Notes: a model not told the origin generated them from the sequence alone. DNA of 45,226 nt from Octopus bimaculoides (GCF_001194135.2 NC_068981.1:155254367-155299592), one strand, 5' to 3'; positions 1 through 12,496 are shown, numbered from the stretch's first letter. Program-made: numbers and translations.

Positions 1-330
1 TTTCATCATCATCATCATCATCATCGTTTAACGTCTGCTTTCCATGCTAGCATGGGTTGGACGATTTGACTGAGGACTGGTGGACCAGGAGGCGACACCA
101 GGCTCCAATCTGATTTGGCAGAGTTTCTACAGCTGGATGTCCTTCCTAATGCCAACCACTCCAAAAGTGCAATGGGTGTTTTACATGCCACCGGCACGAG
201 GGCCAGTCAGGCGGTACTGGCGACGGCCATGCTCGAAATGGTGTATTTTACATGCCACCTGCACAGGAGCCAGTCCATCGGCACTGGCAACAATCTCGCT
301 CGAATGTCTTTTCACATGCCACTGGCACAA
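1..330 (-). mobile_element. SINE family C (non-autonomous retroelement ending in ...CATGCTAGCATGGAAAGC(G/A)GACGTTAAA(C/T)GATGATGAT tail)
   Basis: Reverse complement of the plus-strand copy at 16302-16570 and near-identical to 4884-5120; ends in an (ATG)n tail; internal GGCAC/GTGCC-rich repeats. Confidence 0.8.
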
Positions 331-344
331 GTGCCAGGGAGGCA

Positions 345-540
345 ATTATTTCAGTCATTAGACTGCAGCCATGCAGAGACACCATCTTGAAGGATTCACA
401 TGAATTAATTGATTTCAGCACTTAATTTTTAAGTTTAGTACCTACTCTGTAAGTCGCTTTTGCCAACCTGCTAAGTTATAGGGATGTAAACAAACCAACA
501 CCAGTTGTCAAGCAATGATTGGGGTACAAACACTAACATG
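345..540 (-). mobile_element. SINE family A (tRNA/CORE-type), degenerate 3' half
   Basis: Aligns by eye to 2230-2400 (gctaagtta..gggatgtaaac..accagttgtcaagc). Confidence 0.7.
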
Positions 541-600
541 ATGACACACATATACACAAAGTGGAGTAGAAATGGGAAGTGATGGAAATAAGGGGGTAAA

Positions 601-1100
601 GGAGTAGCTCAAGTTGGGACACACTGTGAATATTTGCTGAGACATGGGTGCTGAAATTTTGAAGAAAATAAGGGTAAGATGGAAGGCATTTATCTCAAGG
701 AAGGATGTGTACAAAGCAAAGCAGAAGACCATACATACCAGACCCTTCAATAGCACTGTCCTACATGTGTTCTTATACAAAAGTGAGATGTGGGCTTTTA
801 TGAAGAGGAAACAACATCAAGTGACTGTGATGCAAAAGCTCATGGAAGGATCCAGGCTTGGAATATCATTATGAGAGTTTATTCAAAATGGGATCATTTG
901 AGAATGGAAAGGAGTGAATGGTGTGATCACAGAATATTGAAAGCACAAGTTCTGCCAGGTCAAGCATGTTGTAAGGTTCACAGACAACCTGTAGATTTGT
1001 ACAGTACAGTTGCTGAGTGGTATCGGCAACTGACCAGAAAAGGCCATTTGGAAAGACTCCATGACAATGGGAAGATAGTTTGGTTTAGTGATTTGGGACA
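601..1100 (+). mobile_element. Decayed RTE-clade LINE ORF2 C-terminal fragment
   Basis: Translation LGHTVN..EILKKIRVRWKAF..FNSTVLHVFLYKSEMWA..MEGSRLGISL, and further on VAEWY, resembles the post-RT region of RTE elements; stops and frameshifts present. Confidence 0.7.
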
Positions 1101-1227
1101 CAATGAAAATGTATGGTTCAATCAAGAAAGAACTAGAAGCACTTTGTGACCAGCAATGTATAACAGCATCTGATAATCTGATTGACACAGTGAAGTAAGT
1201 ATGTATGTATGTATGTATGCATGTATA

Positions 1228-1507
1228 TTGTTGGCACTCTGTCGCTTACGACGTCGAGGGTTCCAGTTGATCTGATCAACGGAACCTGCTTGTGAAATTA
1301 ACGTGCAAGTGGATGAGCACTCCACAGACACGTGTACCCTTAACGCAGTTCTTGGTAATATTCAGCGTGACACAGTGTGACAAAGCTGACCCTTTGAATT
1401 ACAGGCACAACAGAAACAGGAAGTAAGAGTGAGAGAATGTTATGGTGAAAGAATACGGCAGGGTTCGCCACCATCCCCTGCCGGAGCCTCTTGGAGCTTT
1501 TAGGTGT
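1228..1507 (-). mobile_element. tRNA-derived SINE, 3' portion (head missing)
   Basis: GC-richer block flanked by (TATG)n tracts, recognised from memory as the body of an octopus SINE. Confidence 0.55.
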
Positions 1508-2214
1508 ATGTATGTATGTATGTATGACTTAACTTGTATAATTTTTAAATATAGTGTTGAGGATTTTATTAGTTATAGCAGTATTCCCATGATCAATTGA
1601 AAGAGACGGGAGGAGATGGAACTGTATTTTAGGAGGGTCATACTATCAATAAACATAAGCACTGGTTGTAGTTCTCTTCAGTTTTATGTTATTGTTACTC
1701 ATTGTTTTAATGGTTCAGTGTACTATACTGCCTGTGTAACTACAGATTGCAATAAACTTGTCCAAGTCAGCCAACACACATTTACATTGACTCTCTCTTC
1801 TGTCAGCTGTACCATGCCATATGTGTAGCAAGCGATGCACCAGATTGCACAGTACATCTTATTTCAGTTTCTCCTTTGTGCTCATTTATGCTCTGTCTTT
1901 TGTGCACACTAACATTACATACCTAATGGCACATGTTTACCTCATTCCTTTCCAGCCCTTCCACTGTCCCTATATTCAGTCTTAAAGCTTTATTACTATT
2001 ACAACCCCCCACTTTGTACATAAGCATCATACAGTCCCCCTTTCACCAGAATAGAGAATCTCTTTGTTGATAACTGAAGCAATAACTTCAAGATCATTTT
2101 TTTCCACTTAATTCGTACTCTGGTTATATAATTATGAAATACCCTCCTCCATTGCTAATTATCTCATCTATGTAGAAAACCCTGAAAGCATTTCAAAAAA
2201 ACTTTTTTGTATAT

Positions 2215-2622
2215 ACTCTTTTACTCTTTTACTTGTTTCAGTCATTTGACTGCGGCCATGCTGGAGCACCACCTTTAGTCGAGCAAATCGACTCCAGGAC
2301 TTATTCTTTGTAAGTCTAGTACTTATTCTATTGATCTCTTTTGCCGAACCGCTAAGTTACAGGGACGTAAACACACCAGCATCGGTTGTCAAGCGATGTT
2401 GGGGAGGACAAACACAGACACACAAACATACACACACACACACACATATATATATACATATATACGACGGGCTTCTTTCAGTTTCCGTCTACCAAATCCA
2501 CTCACAAGGCTTTGGTCGGCCCGAGGCTATAGTAGAAGACACTTGCCCAAGGTGCCACACAGTGGGACTGAACCTGGAACCATGTGGTTGGTAAGCAAGC
2601 TACTTGCCACACAGCCACTCCT
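2215..2622 (-). mobile_element. SINE family A, full-length and young (tRNA head + CORE-like domain + central microsatellite + AAAAGAGT tail)
   Basis: Minus strand reads GAGTGGCTGTGTGG..GGTTCCAGGTTCAGTCCCAC (A/B-box-like), then CACCTTGGGCAAGTGTC (CORE-like), a central (TA/TG)n and TAAAAGAG tail repeats. Confidence 0.9.
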
Positions 2623-4883
2623 CATCATTATCATTATTGTTTTTACATACACTTTTCTAGGTTGGCATGAAACCTTCTGGAGCAGTATTTCATAGCCAGA
2701 TATTCTTTCTAGTGCCAAGCCTTTTAATCACTACTTATAAAATGCATGGATAAGGTGTACCTATTTTAAGTATTAGGATATGCATTACCTATTTCTATGT
2801 GTATGTGTGTGTGTGTGTGTGTGTACACACCAAAATTATTTATTTTCAACAATACTAACTTAATGCATTAACTATATGGTCTTAATGATTGAGTTGAGAA
2901 AGATGAACTCATTATGGAGCAATGTTCTTTATCACTCAACTATGACTGCATCTATTATTTTGATGCTGGCCATGTCAAATGTCTTCTAACAATAATACTC
3001 AAACTTGACAACTTGCACAAGAGATGGTTTTATCTTAGAAGCATGTGTTTTTAAAGACAGTTTCTTTTGACTCTATTGTTAAACCTTCATAAGTGTCAAT
3101 CTAACTAATGCAGGTCTTCACTGAGTTTTTACCCTCACCACAACCAGAAAAAAGTGAAACGTAATGAATACCATTTGTGCCTCATATGTTTGCTATTAAT
3201 TGTTCTGTCTTCTGTTTACATTCAATAAACGTGAGTAGTTAGTAGCCATGCTTTGCTCATGTAATTGAAAATTTAATCAAAATATTTTATGGATCCGACT
3301 TGAGAATTGGAAAAAATGATACTATTGTAAATATTTTTTTAAATACAGGTTTTGCTTAAAAAAAACCAAAAAATCTGTAGAAGTGTGAGCCCTTTGTAGG
3401 ACTGGTTTCACTCTCTGAATGCCCTGCTACTGACACTGATGGCAATCGACCAGAAAAATTCAACCTAAATACAATCTGCATTGAACCTACAAGACTGAGG
3501 CTAACTTCAAAGCAATGGACACCATCCCTTCACACTATGGCAATGCCATGTTGGGTGCTTCATAGTATTTAGCTGGTACTCTATGATCATTGTTTTCTTT
3601 GATAGTCTAATTTTGTTGGAAAAGACTACCTCCTTGGCTTGGAAACCATCTATTTTAGAGACTTTCACTTTCATGGGGACCAGGAAACAAAGTATTGGTG
3701 AAATGAGCCTGAAACTAAGTAGCTATGAAACAATGTCCTTCACCATATCAAGCTATATATATATATTTTATGTGAATTATGTATGTAGAGAGAGTCCAGG
3801 GCTATACTACATTATATGAGTGAGAACAGGTAGGTGTGAGGAAGGGAACATGAAAGAGAGAAAATAGTTGAGAGTGATGAAGAACCAGAGAAAGTCATTG
3901 AAAGAGAGGTGTGGGTGTCATGAGAAGGGGTAGGTCAGTGAGAGAGATGAAGAGATATATGTAGCCTATGTAGAAGATATTTAAGCAGGGTAAATTTAAC
4001 TATTTCTCCAAAAACTGAAAAAAAATGAACATCCTTAATCGATTTTCAAACCTTATTGGGGTCACATCAAAGATGTCTACATCACTTTGACCAATCCCAC
4101 AGAAACAAGCAGTCCATCTGTTTATATACTCCACAAATCCAGTAGTTATAGAAACCTGGAGCTATTACTGAATACTGACATACATTTTATACACATTGTA
4201 TATAATACATATTGAATGGATTGTCACAGCTGGAATGGTATCGTGTTCTTTACTTTTACTGTAGATTATTGAAGCATAAGTAATATTTGCATTGTGTTCA
4301 AAATTATAAATTTATATAGAATTACGATGACTTTTATTCAACAAATAGGTCACCAATTGCATGCTTTTTATTTCCAAGGTATTTGACTAATATGTCCATG
4401 TGTGTATGCATGTGTGTACATTCCAGTTACTGTCCATAAAGTGTTGGTACATCAACTCCATTATTTATATCTTTGCTACCCAACAAGCTCCTCAATATTT
4501 TGTAACTCTTAAATGAAGACTGTATAAAGACCATTTCAATTTTAATTTTTAATTATCATTTACAAGTTTCCATCTCTAAAATTTTCAACAATTCTAATTT
4601 TACTGGAGTATATCTGTATATTAATGTTAGAAATATATGAAAAGTAAAATGGTTAAGATTTTGATTATTAATCAAATTAAATTGAACTCTTTGTGTGTGC
4701 TTATATTCATAAACACACTCACACATATATGTAGTACATGCAACTGAGGTAGTATTTAATAAAAATAGCTGTCTATGTATTATACCTAATGTATATACAC
4801 TGTTGTTAGGCCAGTTATTGTGGTATTTGTTCCAAGCTAACATCTCTTATGGATGTGTGTGTGCATGTGTGTGTATATATATA

Positions 4884-5280
4884 TCATCATCGTTTAACGT
4901 CCGCTTTCCATGCTAGCATGGGTTGGACGATTTGACTGAGGACTGGTGAAACCAGATGGCAACACCAGGCCCCAATCTAATTTGGCAGAGTTTCTACAGC
5001 TGGATGCCCTTCCTAACGCCAACCACTCAGAGAGTGTAGTGGGTGCTTTTACGTGTCACCTGCACGAAGGCCAGTCAGGCGGTACTGGCAACGGCCATGC
5101 TCGAAATGGTGTCTTTTATGTGCCACCCGCACAAGAGCCAGTCCAGGGGCACTGGCAACGATCTCCCTCGAAAACCCTACGAAGGCCAGTCAGGCGGTAC
5201 TGGCAACGGTCACGCTCAAAATGGTGCATCTTATGTGCCACCTGCACAAGAGCCAGTCCAGGGGCACTGGCAACGATCTC
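4884..5280 (-). mobile_element. SINE family C with internal 115-bp-period tandem duplication
   Basis: Matches 1-330 and 16302-16570; repeat units start at 5064 and 5179. Confidence 0.85.
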
Positions 5281-6273
5281 AAGCTTTATAGTAATATAGT
5301 CTATCTCATTGAAGGTCTGAGACTCAAGTTGCCTGCCTTTTCAATGAATACATACATACATACATACAAACATACATACATACATACACAAACAAATATA
5401 TCCCCACACACATGCACAAACACGCATAAAAGCACACACACATATACAATGCATGTTGGTCATCTCCCAATCACTTTTAACTCTTCTCACTCTCCTTGTA
5501 CTATGTTTCTCATGAGACTGTAGTCGACAATGAATCTCCTCTACTCACCATATATTGCCTCCTGTGTAACTAATGATGACATTTATTCCTATCCTCTCAC
5601 AAGCATTCTTGTGTGCTGCTCGCTGATACAGACTCTCTTATCTTCCATTCTAGCTATCACTTTCATTGCTTGACCTCTCTAGCCCATCTCAAATCCTATG
5701 CATAGATGGCTGCATTGGGCCAATTATGCTCAGTACACTCTACCTTCACCCTCTCCTCCTCAACGGAGTGTTCCCATTCACTCTGTCTACTGCCATACTT
5801 TTGCTCCTTTCCACTTCTAAATATTCTGGGTCTCAGCCTTTGATCTAGCTCCTGGATTACACAGCCTTCTGCCATTGTCTTGCCATCTTAGTCACATTGC
5901 ATTGAATAGACATCCCTATTGTGTACTGCTATCATTCAACTCTCTATCACTATGATTCATGTTGCTATAGTTTCATGTTTCTCTCACAAATACCTCTTAC
6001 TCTGTAACATGGCTGGTGAGCAAGCGTGGGGTTGGGAGATCCTTTTAGTCTGTCACAAATGTAGCTACCTCTCTAGTGCTGCTGTTAATGAAAAAGCACT
6101 AAGTATACTCTGTAAAGTAGTTGGTTGTAGGAAGGGCATCAAGCTGTAGAAACCAAACCATAAGTGAAATGTGAGAAAGATGAAGCCTCTAACCTGTCTA
6201 TAGGAGTAGTACCCTCAAACATGTGCAAAATGAGTGCTTATTGTTCTTGCACCCCCCCTCACACACACATATA

Positions 6274-7221
6274 TGGGGTCATCCCATAAATAACGTGGGT
6301 TTTTTTATACTTCTTTGCTTTTTCAAAATTAAGATAAAATTCTTTTCTAATCTAAAATATGCCTTCCTCCATTTTCTAAAATGCTCTTCAATCTATCTGG
6401 AACTCCTCCAGTACTGTTCTGACTTTGTCTACAGAATTCATATTTTTTCAGTCCAAATGATTTTGAAGACTGCAGACTAAATGATAATCACAAGGGGCAA
6501 TGCCCGGCGAATATGGTGGGTGGGGCATTGTTTTCCATTCAAACTACTCCAGCCTTTTGAATGTCATCCTCACTGTATGTGCCCGAGCATTATCCTGATG
6601 GAAGAACACCTTTTGTCTTGAAAGCAAAGATGATTGTTTTCCTTCTGGTACTGATTTAAGCCACTCAAGCTGCTTGCAGTAGATCTCCTTTGTTATCGTT
6701 TGGTTTGGGTTTAAAAGTTCAAAGTTCACTAAAGCTTTCATATCCCACCAAATAGATAACAACACCTTACGTAGGTGAAGACCTTCTTTAGCCTTGGGTG
6801 CCAGTGTTTCTCCTTTCCCTAGCCAATGTCTTCAGTGATTGACATTTTTATAGAGAACCCATTTCTTGTTACCAGTCACTAACCAATCATAAAAAAGGTT
6901 CATTCGTGAGACATGACTGCAAAGAAGAGCACACATTCACTCTCTGCACACGATTAAACTCAAAAAGTTTGTGAGGAACCCATTGATCCAATTTGCTGAC
7001 TTTTCCGATGGCATGCAGGTGTCGATGAATAGTTGATGACCAAATCCAAGCTTCTCTGCTAATTCTTCAACAGTTATGATATTTTGCTCCACCAGGGTTT
7101 GCATGATGTTGTGGTTGAGCTCTAGATCTTTCAGGATGAGGCTCATCTTCTAGGCTGTAGTTTCCGACTTGGAATTTCTGGAACCACTGTTGACACTGGC
7201 TTACGCTTATTGTCTGACCCC
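6274..7221 (-). mobile_element. Decayed mariner (DD34D) transposon; transposase pseudogene, 5' end lost in the gap
   Basis: Motifs WVPHKL, VTGNKKW (first catalytic Asp changed to Asn), LSIWWD, HQDNARAH and PPYSPGIAPCDYHL; TA followed by TIR-like TGGGGTCATCCCATAAAT at about 6272-6291; frameshifts. Confidence 0.92.
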
Positions 7222-7696
7222 NNNNNNNNNNNNNNNNNNNNNNNNNNNNNNNNNNNNNNNNNNNNNNNNNNNNNNNNNNNNNNNNNNNNNNNNNNNNNNN
7301 NNNNNNNNNNNNNNNNNNNNNNNNNNNNNNNNNNNNNNNNNNNNNNNNNNNNNNNNNNNNNNNNNNNNNNNNNNNNNNNNNNNNNNNNNNNNNNNNNNNN
7401 NNNNNNNNNNNNNNNNNNNNNNNNNNNNNNNNNNNNNNNNNNNNNNNNNNNNNNNNNNNNNNNNNNNNNNNNNNNNNNNNNNNNNNNNNNNNNNNNNNNN
7501 NNNNNNNNNNNNNNNNNNNNNNNNNNNNNNNNNNNNNNNNNNNNNNNNNNNNNNNNNNNNNNNNNNNNNNNNNNNNNNNNNNNNNNNNNNNNNNNNNNNN
7601 NNNNNNNNNNNNNNNNNNNNNNNNNNNNNNNNNNNNNNNNNNNNNNNNNNNNNNNNNNNNNNNNNNNNNNNNNNNNNNNNNNNNNNNTATATATAT

Positions 7697-7925
7697 TAAT
7701 AGGAAGGACAACAAAAGAAAGAAAGAGACCTCGATATTATATGCAAATAGAGAAATTTATCTGTAAAAATATGTGACACTTATTCAGTAGCCATGATAAA
7801 ACTCCGAGTTTTGGATGCCAGGGTGGAAGCCCACGCCAACATCTCTTCAGTTATCCGGCCATTGAAAATTGCTGTGAAAAATGACCATTAAAAACAAAGG
7901 GAAATTACTGTGTAGTGACAAGGTC
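7697..7925 (-). mobile_element. Probable Penelope-like element pseudo-LTR fragment
   Basis: Contains a type I hammerhead fold with a near-palindromic stem III, the form known from Penelope-like pLTRs; no RT or GIY-YIG ORF is visible. Confidence 0.45.
7788..7861 (-). ncRNA. Type I hammerhead ribozyme-like fold (G12 position reads A)
   Basis: Minus strand: TGGCC-G-GATAA CTGAAGA [GATGTTGG CGTGG GCTT CCAC CCTGGCATC C] AAAA CTCGGAG T T TTATC-AT-GGCTA. Stem I, the CUGANGA box, stem II and a near-palindromic stem III are all present. Confidence 0.65.
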
Positions 7926-8116
7926 AAAACACGTCTAAAACTGTGCATATATATATATATATCCATATATATCCAACTCATGCCAGTATAGAACATGCAC
8001 ATTAATTGATAATGGTACATACATATGTTTACATACAACCCTCTCCCCCACTTGACACATGTATATGCCTGTGTATCTAATCAATTGAGGTTAAGATGAT
8101 GAACTGTGGTTGATAG

Positions 8117-8265
8117 CAGGGCCGGCTCAAGGTACCGACAACTCGGGCAGTCAGTTGGGCCGCCAAGGGAGGTGTGACAAAAACAAGGAAATTTCCGAGA
8201 CTGTCAGCTTGTACGTGCCGAAGTTCAGCTTGCCCAGGGTGCCAGCGACCCTAGGGCTGGCCCTG
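8117..8265. mobile_element. hAT-type MITE
   Basis: TIRs CAGGGCCGGC / GCTGGCCCTG (9/10); 8-bp TSD GTTGATAG (8109-8116) and GTTAATAG (8266-8273), 7/8 match. Confidence 0.8.
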
Positions 8266-8316
8266 GTTAATAGTGCTCATAGATGAGTGAATCGTTGTGT
8301 GTGTAAGTGTGTGTGT

Positions 8317-8356
<40 letters not shown>

Positions 8357-8774
8357 ATGTGTGTGTGTGAGTGTTTGCATGCTCAAACTAAATGTGTTCT
8401 TGTGTATCTATTTATCATTAGTCACATAATTTAATTCTGTCAAAATATTTTTATAACTATGTAATTTACAGTTCATTTGCCTTGTCTAGTTGTGTCAATG
8501 TCCTACCTCTGATGCATTAATCTAAACTGAATTTAATACATTGCATATTCTTATTGCTTTAATATTCAAAGAAACTAAAAAAAAAAATAAAAGGAAAAAA
8601 AGAAACCACAATATGGGATTAAGAGAATCTTATATTTTCAGGCTGTTTTACATTTACTTACATAGTTATGCTTATTATCTGTTTAACATTTTATATCCAT
8701 ATTTATGTGAAGTATGCTATTAAGCTTCTGGAGAATTGAGTTTCTGATAAGGTTTCAATTCTCAATAGTGTCAT

Positions 8775-9120
8775 GTCATTTCATTTATGCTTTGTGTTTG
8801 TAAGTGCCAGTGTCACAAAAAGCACCCATCCTGGCGCCACATAAAAGCACCTGTGCCAGTGCTACATAAAAAGCATCCATGCTGGTGCCATGTATAAGGC
8901 ACTCATGCCGGTTCCATATAATAGCACTGGTGTTAGTGTCATATATAAAGTATCTGGTACACACTGTAAAGCGGTTGGCATCAGGAAGAGCATCCAGCTG
9001 TAGAAACCATGCCAAACAGACAATTAAAGTCTAGTGCAGTGCTCAGGCTGGCTAACCCTCTGAAACTGCCCAACACATGCTAGCCTGGAAAATGGACATT
9101 AGATAATGATGATGATGACG
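8775..9120 (+). mobile_element. SINE family C, degenerate
   Basis: AAAAGCACC repeats, then catccagctgtagaaaccatgcc and an (ATG)n tail. Confidence 0.7.
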
Positions 9121-10874
9121 AAGAAGAAGTTCTATTCATTGTCAAAAGGCTGAATAGAGATGTGTTGATCTTTTCTTGATATGATCTGGAAATGGAGGCT
9201 AATGGAATGGAGAGGTGGGTTATGACTTAGAGGAGTAAGAGGTACCACTCAAAACCTTTTGGTAGGACATCAGAGATAGGGTAAGTATAGAGAAGTGAAA
9301 GTAAAAAACCACAGCCATAGGAAGCAGTGCAACTTGATACTGTTATCCTTAGACAGGAAGAAACCAGGTCTCAATGTTTGCAACAGAGTAGTGTATGCTA
9401 AAGACATCCAAGGCCTAAATGCTAGTGTTCAACTGAATAACAGATTAAGTTTCCAGTTGATCTGAAGGAATACAGATTTTGCCTTGGTTGATCTGAGCTT
9501 ATAATACAAGGTAAGAGCCTGGATATCATACAATAAATTGAACCAAGAACTATGTGATTGAAGTAAACTCCTTAACCATATGACCCTGCCTGTATCTATT
9601 CTTATGTTCAGTTACAAAGACATTATGCTGTACTGACCATCCCTTCATTTTGTATATAAGGAGCTATGTTATCTAATGTATCCTATACTATTTAAGTTGG
9701 TGGCTTATTATTTGTGAGATTTGGTTGGTATTTCTAGCAGGTTTGGTGACTACAAAAAGGCTCCCTAGTCGAACTGTTTAAGGCTAGGTGAGCTAGGCCA
9801 TTTAAGAATTAAGGGTTGTGGTCAATCTGCTGTAGGCAATATCTATTTTCTTTCATATAGTCAATAAAACAACATAGCATTATTTTGTACAATGAAAGAG
9901 TGGAGAATAGTAGAATAGAGAGAATGTTAGAATGAGGGATAACAGGATGGGTAGGATGCCAGGGTGGGGATGGCAGAATCAGTAAAGCATCAGGGTTTCA
10001 GGGTGCAAGCCTGAAAAAAAACTGCTTTGTTGCCTTTTGTTGCATCCCATTCTAAGTTCAGATCCTGCCCATGTAAACTGCAGCTTTTCTTCAATTGGTC
10101 TCAATAAACAAAGTACATATTTAAGTACTTAGGTTTGTGAGCTTGTGTCTATATTAGAAGGTAATATCTTTCAAAAATTAAGTTCAATTTGTTTTTCATT
10201 ATAATATTCATCTCATCATGTTTCAAAACCAAGAGACTAAAGAAGTAGCCTCTATATAGACGTTTGCATGCTAGAAATAACAGCCAAAATTTTCTTCCAA
10301 CCATACCCCACCACCTTAAAAAATTTTTTAAAAACTGGATAATGTGGTCCAGGGTCCCTTGCACAAGAGAAAAAAATGATGCTCATAGTTAGAATGCTTA
10401 CGATAATAGGTTAGCTCAGTTAGGCTGACCTACGGTTAAACAACAGCATACAAACTGTATGAAGTAAAGCTGAACTATTCATATCTAACCAATAGTCAAC
10501 AAACATGTTTTCTTTAAGCCACATATCCTAGGAAAATATTACTTACATATGAAAGAAACTATGTAAAATATTTAAAAAATTAATTCTGCATTGTAAAACC
10601 TACTCGTACCTAAAAATAAATTGTTGAGTCACTCTCTAGAATATTTCGAAGGGAGAGCCATTGCTAGCTACAAATCATTGCAACGTTGAAGCATTTTTTT
10701 TTTTTGTGTGGTAACCATGGTGACATATACTACTAACAAGTTTTATTTATATTGTTTTACTTTTCTTTGGAACACTGTTCTTTAGACACTTTATGTGATA
10801 TATGTGTGTACATAATATATATATTATACGTACATATATATATATATATATCTACATGCATATATATATTTATA

Positions 10875-11001
10875 AGAGTGGGTGTAGTAAGAAGTTTGTT
10901 TCTCAATCACATGGTTCCAGATTCAAGCTTCTACTATAGCCTTGGGCAGACTGAAACCTTGTAAGTGGATTTTATAGATGGAAACCAAAAGAAGCTTGCT
11001 G

Positions 11002-11050
<49 letters not shown>

Positions 11051-11313
11051 GCCTTATGCTCCTTACAGAGTAATATGAACTAACCTAACCATATGTATGT
11101 GTGTGCATGTGTGCATTTGTGTGTTTGTGTCTGTGTTTGTCCTCCACCACTGCTTGACAACTGGTGTTGGTGTGTTTATGTTCCTGTAATTTAGTGGTTC
11201 GTCAAAAGGGACTGATAGAATAGTACTGCAGTCAGTTCATTCAACTAAAATTGTTCAAGGTTGTGCTTCAGCATGGCCGCAATCAAATGACTGAAACAAG
11301 TAAAAGATAAAGA
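10875..11313 (+). mobile_element. SINE family A
   Basis: Head, CORE-like ccttgggcag, central (TA)n/(TG)n and 3' cagcatggccgcaatcaaatgactgaaacaagtaaaaga. Confidence 0.85.
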
Positions 11314-11879
11314 TCTAATATAATAATGAGTGTAGTGTTTTTATATATTTGTATATATTTGTATATATGTATATATATATATATATATATNNNNNNNNNN
11401 NNNNNNNNNNNNNNNNNNNNNNNNNNNNNNNNNNNNNNNNNNNNNNNNNNNNNNNNNNNNNNNNNNNNNNNNNNNNNNNNNNNNNNNNNNNNNNNNNNNN
11501 NNNNNNNNNNNNNNNNNNNNNNNNNNNNNNNNTATATATTTATATTTATCCAGAATCATGCCGGACACAGAGGAGAAGAGAAAATAATAATTCAGTGAAG
11601 GAGAAGTAGTGAAAGTAATTGCCCTGACTGAGAGAGAGTGAGAGAAAGTAATAGTAATGAGAGAGAGGAAGGGGTGATAGATGAATAAGGAAGGAAGGGG
11701 TGAGAAAAAATCAGCATTTCAACTCTGTGTGTGTATGTGTGTGGAAGTATGAATGTTTGTATGTGTGATTATTATGTACCTTATTCATATATAAAATACT
11801 ACAATTAGCCATCGTTATCGACAGCACGTGGTCAGCAAGTAAAAAAATAAAAGATACATACATGGGCCACTTTAAGGCC

Positions 11880-12080
11880 TTTGCCTTGCGAGTTACAAAG
11901 CAATACTCGGTAGTGCTAGCATCATAAAAAAAAATAGGACCCAATACATTCTGTAAAGTGGTTGGTGTTAGGTGTAGCAACCAGCTATGGAAACCATGCC
12001 AAAGCAGACATTAATGCATGAATTATCAAACCCTGTCAAACTATTCAACCCATGCCAGCATGGACGCTGGATGTTAAACT
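11880..12080 (+). mobile_element. SINE family C, degenerate 3' part
   Basis: ctgtaaagtggttggtgttagg..ccagctatggaaaccatgcc..caacccatgccagcatgga. Confidence 0.65.
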
Positions 12081-12496
12081 ATTCCAAGTACCAGTCATAT
12101 TTGGAAGCAAGCATGTGAGTTTATATCAGAGTATAAAACCGTTGTGAGTATCAGAATAATATTTTCAAAAACCATGTCTATAAAGAAGAGATATTTTATG
12201 GAAAATTTACATTTCTTTTTAATCATTTGATCCTCTGCAAGGTAACTGAGGAATAAAATATTAGGAGTCATGTATTAAACATGAGTTAACTATACTGCTA
12301 TCTCTTTACAAAAATGAGGTAATGTGGCAAACCAAGAAGAAATAAAAAAGGAAGAATGAAATCGTTTTCACACATAATGCTGTATAAGCATATATTTATA
12401 AGCTGGTTTTTATCACAAAATGTAATTTAATTCTAGATGATTAAAGCCCTGGGAGCGAATTTGATGGATAGAAACTGAAAGAAGACCATTATATAT

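Noticed and set aside
115-390. Recurrent peptide MAEFLQLD(V/A)LPNANHS (also near 4980 and 16452)
   Set aside because: It is the antisense translation of SINE family C; recurrence reflects repeat copies, not a gene family.
2143-2181. Possible 39-nt minus-strand exon encoding VFYIDEIISNGGG
   Set aside because: Weak acceptor and donor (GTATTT), no recognisable homology and no supporting neighbouring exons.
5500-6030. Possible ancient LINE remnants (also about 9120-9450 and 35030-35450)
   Set aside because: Composition is suggestive but I could not recover any diagnostic protein motif.
7067-7776. ORFs of more than 170 aa spanning N runs (also 26895-27630)
   Set aside because: Length comes from assembly gaps; only the mariner-derived edges are real.
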